From an uncultured Thermoplasmatales archaeon (GTDB taxonomy: Archaea > Thermoplasmatota > Penumbrarchaeia > Penumbrarchaeales > Penumbrarchaeaceae), in assembly GCA_964445525.1 (NCBI GenBank), contig CAYULA010000014.1, positions 10,492 to 74,491 of the forward strand: 64,000 bases of DNA. Direction: 5' to 3'. The notes beneath the pieces were generated by a model that was given only the letters and a program-made list of their open reading frames with translations, was not told the origin of the DNA and did no database searches. The stretch's first letter is position 1. The number at the start of each line of letters is the position of its first letter. Below, piece after piece: positions 1 to 9,372 of this stretch. The position numbers and the translations under genes were made by a program.

Positions 1-98
1 ACATCCGAGGTCCTCTCCCCTGATCGAAAGCTTATAATCCATTCTGCGAGAATACCATCATCGGTGAAATGATGGAGGAGGCCACCATAATTCTTTGA

Positions 99-956
99 TT
101 ATGGTTTTAATGATAATATCTGATATTGTTTCAATGTCTTTAACCTGATATCGGTAATAAGGTCCTTTACCTTATTTTGGACATCCAGTTTCCTTGGAAC
201 CTTATGTCTTCTTTCCTTAATCATCTCCTTCAATTCATCATAACAGTCCAAAGACCTGGTTTTCACAATCAAATTCGTATTGAGTCTCTTCCTCTTCAAA
301 TCGATCAATTCGATTACCAATGGTTCATACATACTGAGAATAGGGTCCTTTACAAGTATCTGGATATTGGGCTCATACCTCGCCCTCTCGATATAGATCA
401 GACATGTCATTAGGGGCCTTATCGAATGTAGGACCTTCTTGGGATTTGACCAGTCCTCATTATACATATGCTTGCACCATCCGAATGCATGATCAACAAG
501 CGTCTGTGAAATGTATTCCATCGACATCCTGCGAATATCATCGAGAGCAATCCCCATGAATTCGGGCGGATGCACTATCCAATCATCGGAGAATACCCAG
601 TCGAACATATTCATGTTAGATTTTCCCATCAACCTCAGGAATTTGGATATCTCATGAATCTGCCATTCGTATTTCATCCCCTCGAATATGTATTCCCCCT
701 CCCTGGTCAATTTCCTTTCCAGTCCGGGGCTGAACATGTCGTTGGGATTGGTATAGAAGTAAGCACCTCTGATATCCACATCACTATTGTTTTCCGAGGA
801 GAATCCGTAATTATCGCTTCCACTGATACAGAGGAAAAATGGTTCGCAGTTTGATCTTTTCAACTGATATCTGACCTGATCGATTATCTCCTCATCAATC
901 TCCATGTTCCGGGAATCCGGATACGAGATTTGAATCTTTCCACTTGTAATGCTCAA
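99..956 (-). CDS. Pol-beta-superfamily nucleotidyltransferase (COG3541/PF10127-like)
   Basis: 285-aa ORF. The motif CISGSDNYGFSSENNSDVDIRGAYF (GS-x10-SDxDxRG) is typical of Pol-beta-fold nucleotidyltransferases. The rest is helical. Confidence 0.6.
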   Translation of the reverse strand: MSITSGKIQISYPDSRNMEIDEEIIDQVRYQLKRSNCEPFFLCISGSDNYGFSSENNSDVDIRGAYFYTNPNDMFSPGLERKLTREGEYIFEGMKYEWQIHEISKFLRLMGKSNMNMFDWVFSDDWIVHPPEFMGIALDDIRRMSMEYISQTLVDHAFGWCKHMYNEDWSNPKKVLHSIRPLMTCLIYIERARYEPNIQILVKDPILSMYEPLVIELIDLKRKRLNTNLIVKTRSLDCYDELKEMIKERRHKVPRKLDVQNKVKDLITDIRLKTLKQYQILSLKP

Positions 957-1095
957 ACAAGAAAAGACATTTTCATATTGACCATGGTGGAGAGTATCTA
1001 TCCTTCCATTAATGCAAATGCGTTAGCATAAAACGTCATTTTATGCAGATGGATCTGCAAAAATGAACGGATTCATTCCCGGGAAAACACAAAAG

Positions 1096-1338
1096 CTAAT
1101 TCGATCCCTCGGAGTCCATCCTGTCCCTCATCAGATCCACAAGCGCCGCCATGACCAGGGATTCGAAAGGATTCAGCCTGGCGGCATTGGATGATGCCGA
1201 GGCATGCATCCTCACCCTGTCCATCAGCTTGTCATAGGCTTCCCGGTCCTCCTTTCTGAGAGCTCTCCTGAACGTCTCCCAGGACCTGATCTCCTCTTCA
1301 AGAAGCATCCGGTAGGTCGGACATGTCTTACCCATCAT
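1096..1338 (-). CDS. small helical hypothetical protein, translationally coupled to the upstream RadB-like gene
   Basis: 80-aa ORF. Its ATG overlaps the stop of the 1335..2057 gene (ATGA overlap at 1335-1338). No family recognised. Confidence 0.45.
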   Translation of the reverse strand: MMGKTCPTYRMLLEEEIRSWETFRRALRKEDREAYDKLMDRVRMHASASSNAARLNPFESLVMAALVDLMRDRMDSEGSN

Positions 1339-2057
1339 ACCGCCTCCGAAAGGACCTGTCCGGACCAGAAGTCATCTATCATCGTCTGATAGGGGTGTAT
1401 GGGAGCTATATCGGTCCATCTTCCTCCCTTGGCGATCATCCTGATCCTTCCTCTCTGTCTGTTCCTCAGGGAAACCCAGTTGGAGCAGTGAGGGGTGATC
1501 AGAGGCATCAGGTCACTCCCACTGCTGCCACCGTATGCGGCTATCACGACACAGGATCCTCTGGCAGCCATCTCGTCCAGTGTTTTCATGCAGTTTTCGA
1601 TCATACCCTTGGCGGCTTCGGCATCAACCTCGGGATCGGAGAACAATCTGTCAAGCGCCGATACCATCACAAGAGGAGGAACATCCTCAAGCTCCAGCAG
1701 GCTCCCGTTGATGAGGGAATCCATCTGATAGGCGGTGAATGCCCTGGCTATCATCACCCTCTGGAGCATGCCTCTGGGATCGGTCCTCTGCATTCGGAGG
1801 ACCCTGGCCATGGCGAAGGGATCCGCCCTGTGCCCTCCGTCTATGTAGTAAGCGGCATCGCCCTTCCTGGCGGCGTTCACTATCAATCTGTCCATCAGGC
1901 TGTAGGTGAGGTCGGTCCTTCCGACTATGAGGTGTATGTCTCCCCTGGTGAAAGGTCCGAAAAGATCGTCGAATATGGTGAACCCTGTTGTTAAAATGCC
2001 GTCTAAACTGTGTTCTTCCATGGTTCTGCCTCGGGGGATATGAAGGATCAATTCCAT
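1335..2057 (-). CDS. RecA/RadB/KaiC-superfamily paralog with degenerate Walker A
   Basis: 240-aa ORF with a RadB-like layout (GFTIFDDLFGP..., YYIDGG, IARAFTAYQ, Walker-B-like LVMVSALD). The P-loop position reads GRTDLTYS, with no GK[ST]. An alternative ATG at 2021 is preceded by GAGG. Confidence 0.55.
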   Translation of the reverse strand: MELILHIPRGRTMEEHSLDGILTTGFTIFDDLFGPFTRGDIHLIVGRTDLTYSLMDRLIVNAARKGDAAYYIDGGHRADPFAMARVLRMQRTDPRGMLQRVMIARAFTAYQMDSLINGSLLELEDVPPLVMVSALDRLFSDPEVDAEAAKGMIENCMKTLDEMAARGSCVVIAAYGGSSGSDLMPLITPHCSNWVSLRNRQRGRIRMIAKGGRWTDIAPIHPYQTMIDDFWSGQVLSEAV

Positions 2058-2095
2058 GGTTCATAAGGTGAAGCGAGGGGGGGGGATGTCCGAAC

Positions 2096-4615
2096 GTGAG
2101 GGCAAAACTTATGCCTGTGTCATTCCAATACATGGCGGGGAAGCATATGAAGGAAGGCGTCTCTGTTCTGTTAATCAGGTTAATTGCGGTATTGATCATG
2201 TTTTCTTTCGTAATATCTGTCATGCCCGAGGTGGAAGCTCATCCGCCCGCAAGCATGAGTCTATCCTATGATTTCGGTCTCCAGGAACTTTCGGTTACGA
2301 TAACCCATTCCGTATCCAACCCATCCAGCCACTACGTGGATACTGTTACGGTATACAGGAATTCCAACGTTGTCAACACCTTTCCCTATACAAGCCAGCC
2401 GACAACAGGTACATTCACCTACACCTACGATGTCACGGCTTCGGACGGGGACACGCTTTCGGCGAAAGCCGACTGCAACATAGGGGGCTCTATTCAGAGG
2501 TCCACTACCGTCAATCTACCCGACGAGACCGATCCTACGATCAGAATAACCTCTCCCACCAACGGATCGGTGGTCGGCCAGGTTACCATCACGGTAACGG
2601 GGACGGCCTCTGACAACAAGGAACTGGACCTGGTCCAGGTCAGGACAGGAATGGATGACTGGATCAATGCTGATGGAACCACTTCCTGGTCTGCTTCGGT
2701 GACACTTCTGGAGGGAGACAATGTGATAAGGGCAAGGGCCGCGGATGGTTCCGGAAACGAGGCATTTGCATCCGTGATCGTCACCTATGATCCCGCAGCC
2801 GGGGACTCCTCTCCTCCCTCTGTAACGATAAGCAGCCCGAATCAGGGCGCTGTCCTTGACGATCCCTCATTGACAGTATCCGGGACCTCCTCCGACGATG
2901 TAGGTGTTGACAGGGTAGAGATAAAACTCAACGGAGGTGACTGGGGACTGGCCCAGGGAACGGTTTCATGGACCTATGAATTGCTCCTGTCGGAAGGTAT
3001 GAACCTCATAGAAGCGAGGGTCACAGACATTGCCGGCAAGACCGCAAATACCACTCTTGATGTGACCTACGATCCGGATTCGGGGGCGGATACCTTACTG
3101 CCATCAGTGGAGATCACCCTCCCTGCGGAAGGAGCCACCGTCAGCACTTCGGAGATAACGGTGTCGGGATCGGCATCAGACAATGTGGGAATCGAAAAGG
3201 TCGAAGTAAGGGTGAATAACGGCCTATGGAATACGGCCCAGGGAACAGCATCCTGGTCACTTCCCGTTTCCCTGGTAGAGGGAACGAATACCATAGAGGT
3301 CAGGGCAGAGGATCCTTCGGGAAACACAGGAGAGGATTCTGTTACGGTCACGTATGTTCCCGGAACCGCGGACCAGCCTCCGACCATACAGATCCTTTCG
3401 CCGGCAAACGGAACCGTTTTCTCCTCCGAACTTGTAACGGTGTCCGGGATAGCATCGGATGATCAATGCGCCTGCAGAGTGGAGGCCAGGATTTCAGGGA
3501 ACAACTGGGCAATGGCCTCGGGATTGAGCAGCTGGTCCATCATGCTCACTCTTCAACCGGGACAGAATATCATAGAAGCCAGAGTAACAGATGATTCGGG
3601 CAAGACCGGTCTGGACTCTATCACGGTGGAATTCGATGAGGAAGGTCCCACAGATACCATTCCTCCCGAACTCGTCATTGATCCTGTAGCAGATTTCGTG
3701 AACGATCCTTCATTGACACTTACAGGGAACGCATCGGATAACATAGACCTGGATTCGGTTGAGATCCGTCTCAACGGAGGATCCTGGAGAGCGGCCCAGG
3801 GCCTCGCCGTATGGTCGATTGCCCTTGAATTGGAAGAGGGATTGAATACCCTGGAGGTTCGGGTTTTAGATCTCGAGGGCAACTCGGTAAACGATTCGAT
3901 AACCGTCACTTATGAGCCCCCCTATGATCCCGGAACACTGGACGGGATAATAGAGGATGGAGAATACCCTTACAATGCTTCTTTCGATCAGGGAAGGTTC
4001 CAGATCTTCTGGGATATCAACGGAGATATACTGGAATTGGGAATGACGGCAAGGGCCTCCGGGTGGCTGTCTCTGGGAATTTCCCCCACGGTTGGAATGA
4101 AGGATGCAGATATGATAATAGGCTGGGTGGATGACAGTGATCGTGTATTCGTCTTCGATGCCTATTCCACCGGTGAGATAGGACCCCACCCGCCCGACAC
4201 GGAACTGGGTGGGACCGATGATATCTTGGAATTCGGAGGTACCCAGACCGGGGATCGGACAACGATCGAGATAACCAGGAAAGTTAACTCAACGGACCTC
4301 TACGACAAGAACTTCAGATCCGTGGAAACACTGGAGATCATATGGGGATATTCGGAATCGGACATGTTCGACGATTACCATTCCGCAAGAGGTTCGGGAG
4401 AGATAGTTATCATTCCTCAGGAGGTCGAGGATGAAGAGGAAGAGGAAGATGTGGAAGGTCCTCCGGTTGTCCTGATAGTAGTTCTTCTGGTCCTGCTGGT
4501 ATTAATCCTTGCGGCGGTTGCGGTCTTCACACAATCCAAGAGGAGAAGGGAGGCTGCCAGGATGGAGGAGGAGCTCAAATCCACTGAGCAAGAAAATGCT
4601 CGTAAGCTGCGATAG
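2096..4615 (+). CDS. membrane-anchored surface protein: 5 Ig-like repeats + DOMON-like domain + C-terminal TM anchor
   Basis: 839-aa ORF with GTG at 2096. ATG at 2147 is the more likely start and gives the signal/anchor MKEGVSVLLIRLIAVLIMFSFVISVMPEVEA. It has five ~95-aa repeats, a DOMON-like block, the acidic run EVEDEEEEED, the TM helix VVLIVVLLVLLVLILAAVAVF and a basic tail. Confidence 0.85.
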   Translation: MRAKLMPVSFQYMAGKHMKEGVSVLLIRLIAVLIMFSFVISVMPEVEAHPPASMSLSYDFGLQELSVTITHSVSNPSSHYVDTVTVYRNSNVVNTFPYTSQPTTGTFTYTYDVTASDGDTLSAKADCNIGGSIQRSTTVNLPDETDPTIRITSPTNGSVVGQVTITVTGTASDNKELDLVQVRTGMDDWINADGTTSWSASVTLLEGDNVIRARAADGSGNEAFASVIVTYDPAAGDSSPPSVTISSPNQGAVLDDPSLTVSGTSSDDVGVDRVEIKLNGGDWGLAQGTVSWTYELLLSEGMNLIEARVTDIAGKTANTTLDVTYDPDSGADTLLPSVEITLPAEGATVSTSEITVSGSASDNVGIEKVEVRVNNGLWNTAQGTASWSLPVSLVEGTNTIEVRAEDPSGNTGEDSVTVTYVPGTADQPPTIQILSPANGTVFSSELVTVSGIASDDQCACRVEARISGNNWAMASGLSSWSIMLTLQPGQNIIEARVTDDSGKTGLDSITVEFDEEGPTDTIPPELVIDPVADFVNDPSLTLTGNASDNIDLDSVEIRLNGGSWRAAQGLAVWSIALELEEGLNTLEVRVLDLEGNSVNDSITVTYEPPYDPGTLDGIIEDGEYPYNASFDQGRFQIFWDINGDILELGMTARASGWLSLGISPTVGMKDADMIIGWVDDSDRVFVFDAYSTGEIGPHPPDTELGGTDDILEFGGTQTGDRTTIEITRKVNSTDLYDKNFRSVETLEIIWGYSESDMFDDYHSARGSGEIVIIPQEVEDEEEEEDVEGPPVVLIVVLLVLLVLILAAVAVFTQSKRRREAARMEEELKSTEQENARKLR
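2522..3930 (+). repeat. five tandem ~95-aa Ig-like (Big-type) coding repeats
   Basis: The consensus P.v.ItsP..Ga.v....lTVSGtASDnvg...VEvr.NgG.W..AqGT.sWs..l.L.EG.N.IEaRv.D.sGnt....itVTYdP recurs five times in frame. Confidence 0.8.
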
Positions 4616-4811
4616 TTGCGGAATCCGTGATCTCCTGGACCGGAGATTTCCCTGCCCAGGCAAGATCCTGTTTCTTGTACTCGGCAGCCAGTATCTTCTT
4701 CATGTCCTCTCTGGAGAATGTACCGTCCATTCTCCTTCTTTTTTCCAGGTAGTCCAATCTTGAATGGAAGACCTCGTTGTAGAGGTCCTCCTTCCAGCTG
4801 TCATCATTCAT
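4575..4811 (-). CDS. hypothetical small protein
   Basis: 78-aa ORF that starts 1 nt after the stop of the aminopeptidase P gene on the same strand. Its 3' end overlaps the convergent surface-protein gene by 41 nt. No family recognised. Confidence 0.45.
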   Translation of the reverse strand: MNDDSWKEDLYNEVFHSRLDYLEKRRRMDGTFSREDMKKILAAEYKKQDLAWAGKSPVQEITDSATIAAYEHFLAQWI

Positions 4812-4812
4812 C

Positions 4813-6600
4813 CTATATCTCCGCGGTCCGATCTTTCAACCAGTTCTTGTGGTCTTCATCGAGATGCGGAGATAGATTGTCAAATACCTGCCGGTGATAA
4901 TCGTTGAACCACTCTACCTCCTCATCTGTCATTATCTCCCTGTCGATCAACTTAAGGTCGATCGGACAGAAGGTTATGGTCTCGAAACCGAGGAACTCCG
5001 AATCCTCCGATGACAGTTTCTCGTCCTTTCTTACGACTATGAGGTTCTCAATCCTTATCCCGTATTCTCCTTCCTTGTAATATCCGGGTTCGTTGGATAG
5101 GACATTCCCCGCCTGAAGCGGAACCCCGATATCTCTAGGGGTGAGTCCCATGGGCCCTTCATGAACATTGAGATAGTGGCCCACACCGTGTCCGGTTCCG
5201 TGATTGTAGTTCTTTCCCACATCCCAAAGTGACTTCCTTGCAGGGAGCTCCAGCTGTTTTCCGCTGAAACCCTTGGGAAACTTCAAAGTGGCAATTCCAA
5301 TATGCCCTTTGAGGACCCTTGTAAACATCTCCCTTTGTTCTTCGGTAGGCTCTCCCAGGGTAACGGTTCTCGTGATATCTGTTGTTCCGGTGTTGTATTG
5401 CGCACCGGAATCCAGAAGGAACAATCCCTCGGTTTTGAGTTCAACATCGGTTTCGGGAGTGGGATCATAATGTACAATCGCACCGTGTTCTGCATATCCG
5501 GCAATGGTCGTGAATGATAATCCCACGAAATCCTCTCCTTCCTTTCTGAAGGATTCAAGTTTGTCCGATGCCGAGATCTCTGTCACCCCTCCTTCCGGAA
5601 CCGATTCCTCGAGCCATTTCAGGAATTTTACCATGGCCACCCCGTCGGTAATAAGGCATTTCCTGAATCCCTTCAATTCCGTTTCGTTTTTGACCGATTT
5701 CAGGTCCGTTACGGGAGATCTCTCCTTGTGGACCTTTACCTTTCCTTCGAAGGGGATCATCAGCCATCTGTTGGTTGTCTTCGGATCTATCCATACCTTT
5801 TGTTCCTTATCAGCCATTTCCTTCAGGAATCCTCCAATTTCTTCGTATGGATGGATTTTCACCAGATCTCCGAGATGGTCTGTAATTTCTTCTGTTACCT
5901 TTTTCTCGTCAATGAAGAGATGTGCCTCATCCGATGTTATCACTGCATATGAGATGAAGACCGGATTGAATTCAATATCCTTCCCTCTCATATTGAATGT
6001 CCAGGCTATTGTATCCAGAGCACAGAGAACATGCGCTGTGCAGTCCTGTTTTTTCAACTTTTCCCTGATTTTATTCAGTTTATCCTGGATGCTCTCTCCG
6101 GTATGATCCGTGGGGAGTACCTCCAGAGGATCTTCGGAGGGGGAGGGCCTGTCCTCCCAGATCTCGTCCACGAGATTCCTTTCGATGTATTTTATGGAAG
6201 CCTCCTTTTCGGATAGGATCTTTTTGAGTTTCGAGGAGCTCTCAATGGATAGCAGTCTCGGGTCCACTCCCAGGACTCCGCCTCCGGACAGCTTGTCAGC
6301 GATCCATTCCTCTATCTTGGGAACATCGGGCATGCCCATCTTGTACAAATCTATCCCGGATCCTTTCAGCTGTTCCTCGGCCTGTATGAAGTATCTCCCG
6401 TCTGTCCAGAGCCCGGCCTCGTCCGATGCTATCACTACCTCTCCCGCCGATCCGGTGAAACCGGATATGAACTGCCTTCTCTTCCAGAAATCGGGGAGAT
6501 ATTCGCTGTGATGAGGATCCGTGGAGGGGACAAGATAGGCCTGGACCTCCTCTTCCTTCATGAGTTCCCTGAGCCGTTCGATCCTTTCCTTGACTTCCAT
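4813..6600 (-). CDS. Xaa-Pro aminopeptidase (M24B, three-domain aminopeptidase P type)
   Basis: Carries the M24 metal-ligand motifs HGTGHGVGHYLNVHEGP, SNEPGYY and GIRIENL, plus long creatinase-like N-terminal domains. The likely start is MEVKERIERLRELM at 6600; the ORF extends to 6678. Confidence 0.9.
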   Translation of the reverse strand: MEVKERIERLRELMKEEEVQAYLVPSTDPHHSEYLPDFWKRRQFISGFTGSAGEVVIASDEAGLWTDGRYFIQAEEQLKGSGIDLYKMGMPDVPKIEEWIADKLSGGGVLGVDPRLLSIESSSKLKKILSEKEASIKYIERNLVDEIWEDRPSPSEDPLEVLPTDHTGESIQDKLNKIREKLKKQDCTAHVLCALDTIAWTFNMRGKDIEFNPVFISYAVITSDEAHLFIDEKKVTEEITDHLGDLVKIHPYEEIGGFLKEMADKEQKVWIDPKTTNRWLMIPFEGKVKVHKERSPVTDLKSVKNETELKGFRKCLITDGVAMVKFLKWLEESVPEGGVTEISASDKLESFRKEGEDFVGLSFTTIAGYAEHGAIVHYDPTPETDVELKTEGLFLLDSGAQYNTGTTDITRTVTLGEPTEEQREMFTRVLKGHIGIATLKFPKGFSGKQLELPARKSLWDVGKNYNHGTGHGVGHYLNVHEGPMGLTPRDIGVPLQAGNVLSNEPGYYKEGEYGIRIENLIVVRKDEKLSSEDSEFLGFETITFCPIDLKLIDREIMTDEEVEWFNDYHRQVFDNLSPHLDEDHKNWLKDRTAEI

Positions 6601-6832
6601 AGTACTCACTCCAAGGCCCGTAATCGAGCTATCATGGATAAATATATTCCAAGAATATATGGAAATGATTGGAATCAATTGTCAGCATTGGTCAGGTTAT
6701 TCTTTTATAATTCCAACATACTATGAGAAAATGTGGTAGCAGGGCCAAATTCCATTGTTTTGGCAACGGGTAGTGGTTTCCTTGGAAGGGGTTTCAGGAA
6801 ATGTCGGTCAAATTGACGATCCCTCATTCAGG

Positions 6833-9340
6833 ATGATGATGGATAAAATCGAGGATCCAGTCGTAATAATAGACAGGAACGCCAAGATCCTCTATTCCAA
6901 TGAAAAGGCTCTGAAGATAATGGAAATGGGTAAGGATGAACTTCATGGAACTTCCATTATGGATCATTTACCGGAGAAACTTGTGGATTCCAGGAAGAAG
7001 ATCATTGAAGATGTACTCACAACCGGTGAGATACGCCATACATCCGGAAAGGTCCATGGAATTGACATATCGGTCAGTTACATACCAATCAGGAACCGGT
7101 CGGGAGATGTGATAAGCATAGGCATCCATGCATCGGATATCTCTGAAAGGATCAGGGCCAGATCCGAGATGGAAAGAGCCAGGGAGATAATGTCCAAGAT
7201 CGCCACAAATTTTCCAAATGGTGCTATAGTGGCGTATGACCAGGACCTGAGGTATTTCTTTGCCAGGGGAAAGGGATTGGAGGAAACGGGTCTCTCCACC
7301 GAGATGATGGAGGGTAGAACAATATACGAGGTCTTTCCCGAAGATATTGTGAAACAGATAGAGAAAGAGTACATCGAGGCTGTAAGGGGCAGGACCACAA
7401 CGATAGAGGTTCCCTTCGAGGGCAGAATATTCAGGACGATAAACAGTCCTCTAAAGGATACCGACGGGGAGATCATAGGCGGACTGACCATAACCCAGGA
7501 TATCACCGAAACTATCAGAATACGGGAGGATCTGGAAGCTTCAAGAAAAACCTACAAGGACATAGTTACCTCGATTCCCTCGGGTCTTTTTATCTATGAT
7601 TTCAATCCTCCTGAAAAACTGATTCTAAGATATGCAAACAAGGAAGCCAGCAGACTTACGGGTATAGATATCGAGAAATCCATTGGAAAAGAATTCAACG
7701 AGCTGTGGCCAAACGCCAAAGATGCCGGAATAACAGATTCCTATCTTGATGTTTTGAAAACGGGAAAGAAACTGGAAGTGGATGATATATTCTATCAGGA
7801 CAAGTTTGTTTCTGGGGCCTTCAGGTACAAGGTTTTTCCCATCCCCAACAACAAGCTCGTGGTTGCCTTCGAGAATATAACGGAAAGAAAGATGGCTGAA
7901 CTGGCTCTCCAGGAGAGCGAGGAAAAGTACAGGATACTGGTTGAGAATCAAACCGACCTTGTTGTGAAGATCGATGTGGACGGGAATTTTCTCTATGTGA
8001 GCCCTTCCTACTGCAGGATGTTCGGAAAAACCGAAAACGAACTCCTTGGAAACACTTTCATGCCCCTTGTTCACGAAGATGACAGAGAAAAAACCGCCAA
8101 TGCCATGAAGGAACTCATGAAACCACCTTATTCATGCTATGTTGAGCAGAGAGCAAAAACGGTTCATGGATGGAGATGGCTGGCCTGGTCGGACACATCG
8201 ATATTGAACGATGATGGTTATGTGAAAGAGATAATCGGTGTCGGAAGGGATTTCACCGAAAGGATTGAAGTCCAGAAAGCTCTGGAAGAGAGCGAGGATA
8301 TGATGAAATCCATATTCCGGGCAGCGCCGATAGGTATAGGAATGGTGGTGGATAGGAACTTCAAATTCATCAATGACAGGTTCTGCAGGATGCTGGGATA
8401 TGAAAGAGAGGAACTGCTGGATAAGAATGCCAGGATGATATATCCAACAGATGAGGATTATGAGCATGTTGGAGAGATAAAATACAGACAGATAGAGGAA
8501 AAGGGTACCGGAATCGTTGAGACAAGATTCCTTAAGAAGAACGGAGAGATTATGGATATCCTTCTTTCATCAACCCCGATCGACCAACATGATTGGTCAA
8601 AGGGAGTGATATTCACGGCTCTTGATATCACCGAGAGGCTGGAAGCAAAAAGTATGATGGAAGATGAAAGGAACAGAGCCGAATTGTATCTTGATCTTCT
8701 CAGTCATGACCTGGGAAACATACATCAGGGGATACTATCATGGGTAGGATTGTGCGACACACATTCGGATGATAGGGAATTTGCGGGAATGTGCTGGGAA
8801 AAAATAACCGAACTGGCAAAGAAATCAATTATGCTTACCAAGAACATCAAGCTGATCTCAAGATTGAAGGAGAGAAAACCGGAATTTGAGAGTTTTGTGA
8901 TTTCCGAATCCCTGATAAGGTCACTGGAAAGGGCGAAAAGCCTGGATCCTTCAAAGAAAGTTGATGTGGAGATGACCACTCCCGAGGGTGAGATGACTGT
9001 AATGGCCGAATCCCTCATTGAGGAGGTATTCTTCAATATCATACACAACGGAATCAAGTTCCAGGAGGGGAAAGATGCCTGGATCGGTATCGATGTCGCT
9101 TCAGAAAAAGATACCGTAATGGTGCGGATCTCCGACAAGGGTCCTGGTATCCCGGATGAGTTCAAGGAACTGATTTTCGACAGAACCAAAATGGGATCCC
9201 TACACAAGCATATGGGCATAGGTCTGGCACTTGTGAAGGAGCTCATGAACCGATACGGAGGATCTATTCATGTGGAAGATAGGATTCCGGGTGAATTGGA
9301 TAAAGGATCCACTTTTGTAATCGAATTCCCCCTCGCATAA
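6833..9340 (+). CDS. multi-PAS sensor histidine kinase (cytoplasmic)
   Basis: Several PAS/PAC-like blocks are separated by ITERK/ITERI linkers. It has the H-box LDLLSHDLGNIHQGI and a C-terminal HATPase_c (ISDKGPGIP, GIGLALVKEL). The ORF opens at TTG 6755 and the first ATGs are at 6833-6839. Confidence 0.85.
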   Translation: MMMDKIEDPVVIIDRNAKILYSNEKALKIMEMGKDELHGTSIMDHLPEKLVDSRKKIIEDVLTTGEIRHTSGKVHGIDISVSYIPIRNRSGDVISIGIHASDISERIRARSEMERAREIMSKIATNFPNGAIVAYDQDLRYFFARGKGLEETGLSTEMMEGRTIYEVFPEDIVKQIEKEYIEAVRGRTTTIEVPFEGRIFRTINSPLKDTDGEIIGGLTITQDITETIRIREDLEASRKTYKDIVTSIPSGLFIYDFNPPEKLILRYANKEASRLTGIDIEKSIGKEFNELWPNAKDAGITDSYLDVLKTGKKLEVDDIFYQDKFVSGAFRYKVFPIPNNKLVVAFENITERKMAELALQESEEKYRILVENQTDLVVKIDVDGNFLYVSPSYCRMFGKTENELLGNTFMPLVHEDDREKTANAMKELMKPPYSCYVEQRAKTVHGWRWLAWSDTSILNDDGYVKEIIGVGRDFTERIEVQKALEESEDMMKSIFRAAPIGIGMVVDRNFKFINDRFCRMLGYEREELLDKNARMIYPTDEDYEHVGEIKYRQIEEKGTGIVETRFLKKNGEIMDILLSSTPIDQHDWSKGVIFTALDITERLEAKSMMEDERNRAELYLDLLSHDLGNIHQGILSWVGLCDTHSDDREFAGMCWEKITELAKKSIMLTKNIKLISRLKERKPEFESFVISESLIRSLERAKSLDPSKKVDVEMTTPEGEMTVMAESLIEEVFFNIIHNGIKFQEGKDAWIGIDVASEKDTVMVRISDKGPGIPDEFKELIFDRTKMGSLHKHMGIGLALVKELMNRYGGSIHVEDRIPGELDKGSTFVIEFPLA

Positions 9341-9372
9341 TCATTTTCTATGATCTGTCCAATTCGGATATT

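Noticed and set aside
1026-1046. AT-rich hairpin gcataaaa-cgtca-ttttatgc between two minus-strand genes
   Set aside because: It is a short, weak A/T stem with no adjacent T-run on the transcribed strand, so it is not convincing as a terminator or operator.
1323-2223. Long ORFs 1323..1994 (+, 223 aa) and 1687..2223 (-, 178 aa) overlapping the RadB-like gene
   Set aside because: Their composition is Gly/Pro/His/Arg-rich and low complexity, typical of shadow frames. The 1335..2057 (-) frame has recognisable RecA-superfamily blocks.
2056-2271. 71-aa ORF whose internal ATG (2086) begins right after the G9 tract
   Set aside because: It overlaps the signal-peptide region of the 839-aa gene in another frame and has no features. 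The main frame is strongly supported by its repeat and domain structure.
5504-6106. 200-aa ORF on the plus strand inside the aminopeptidase P gene
   Set aside because: It is antisense to a strongly supported M24B CDS, and its Ser/Phe-rich translation has no motifs.
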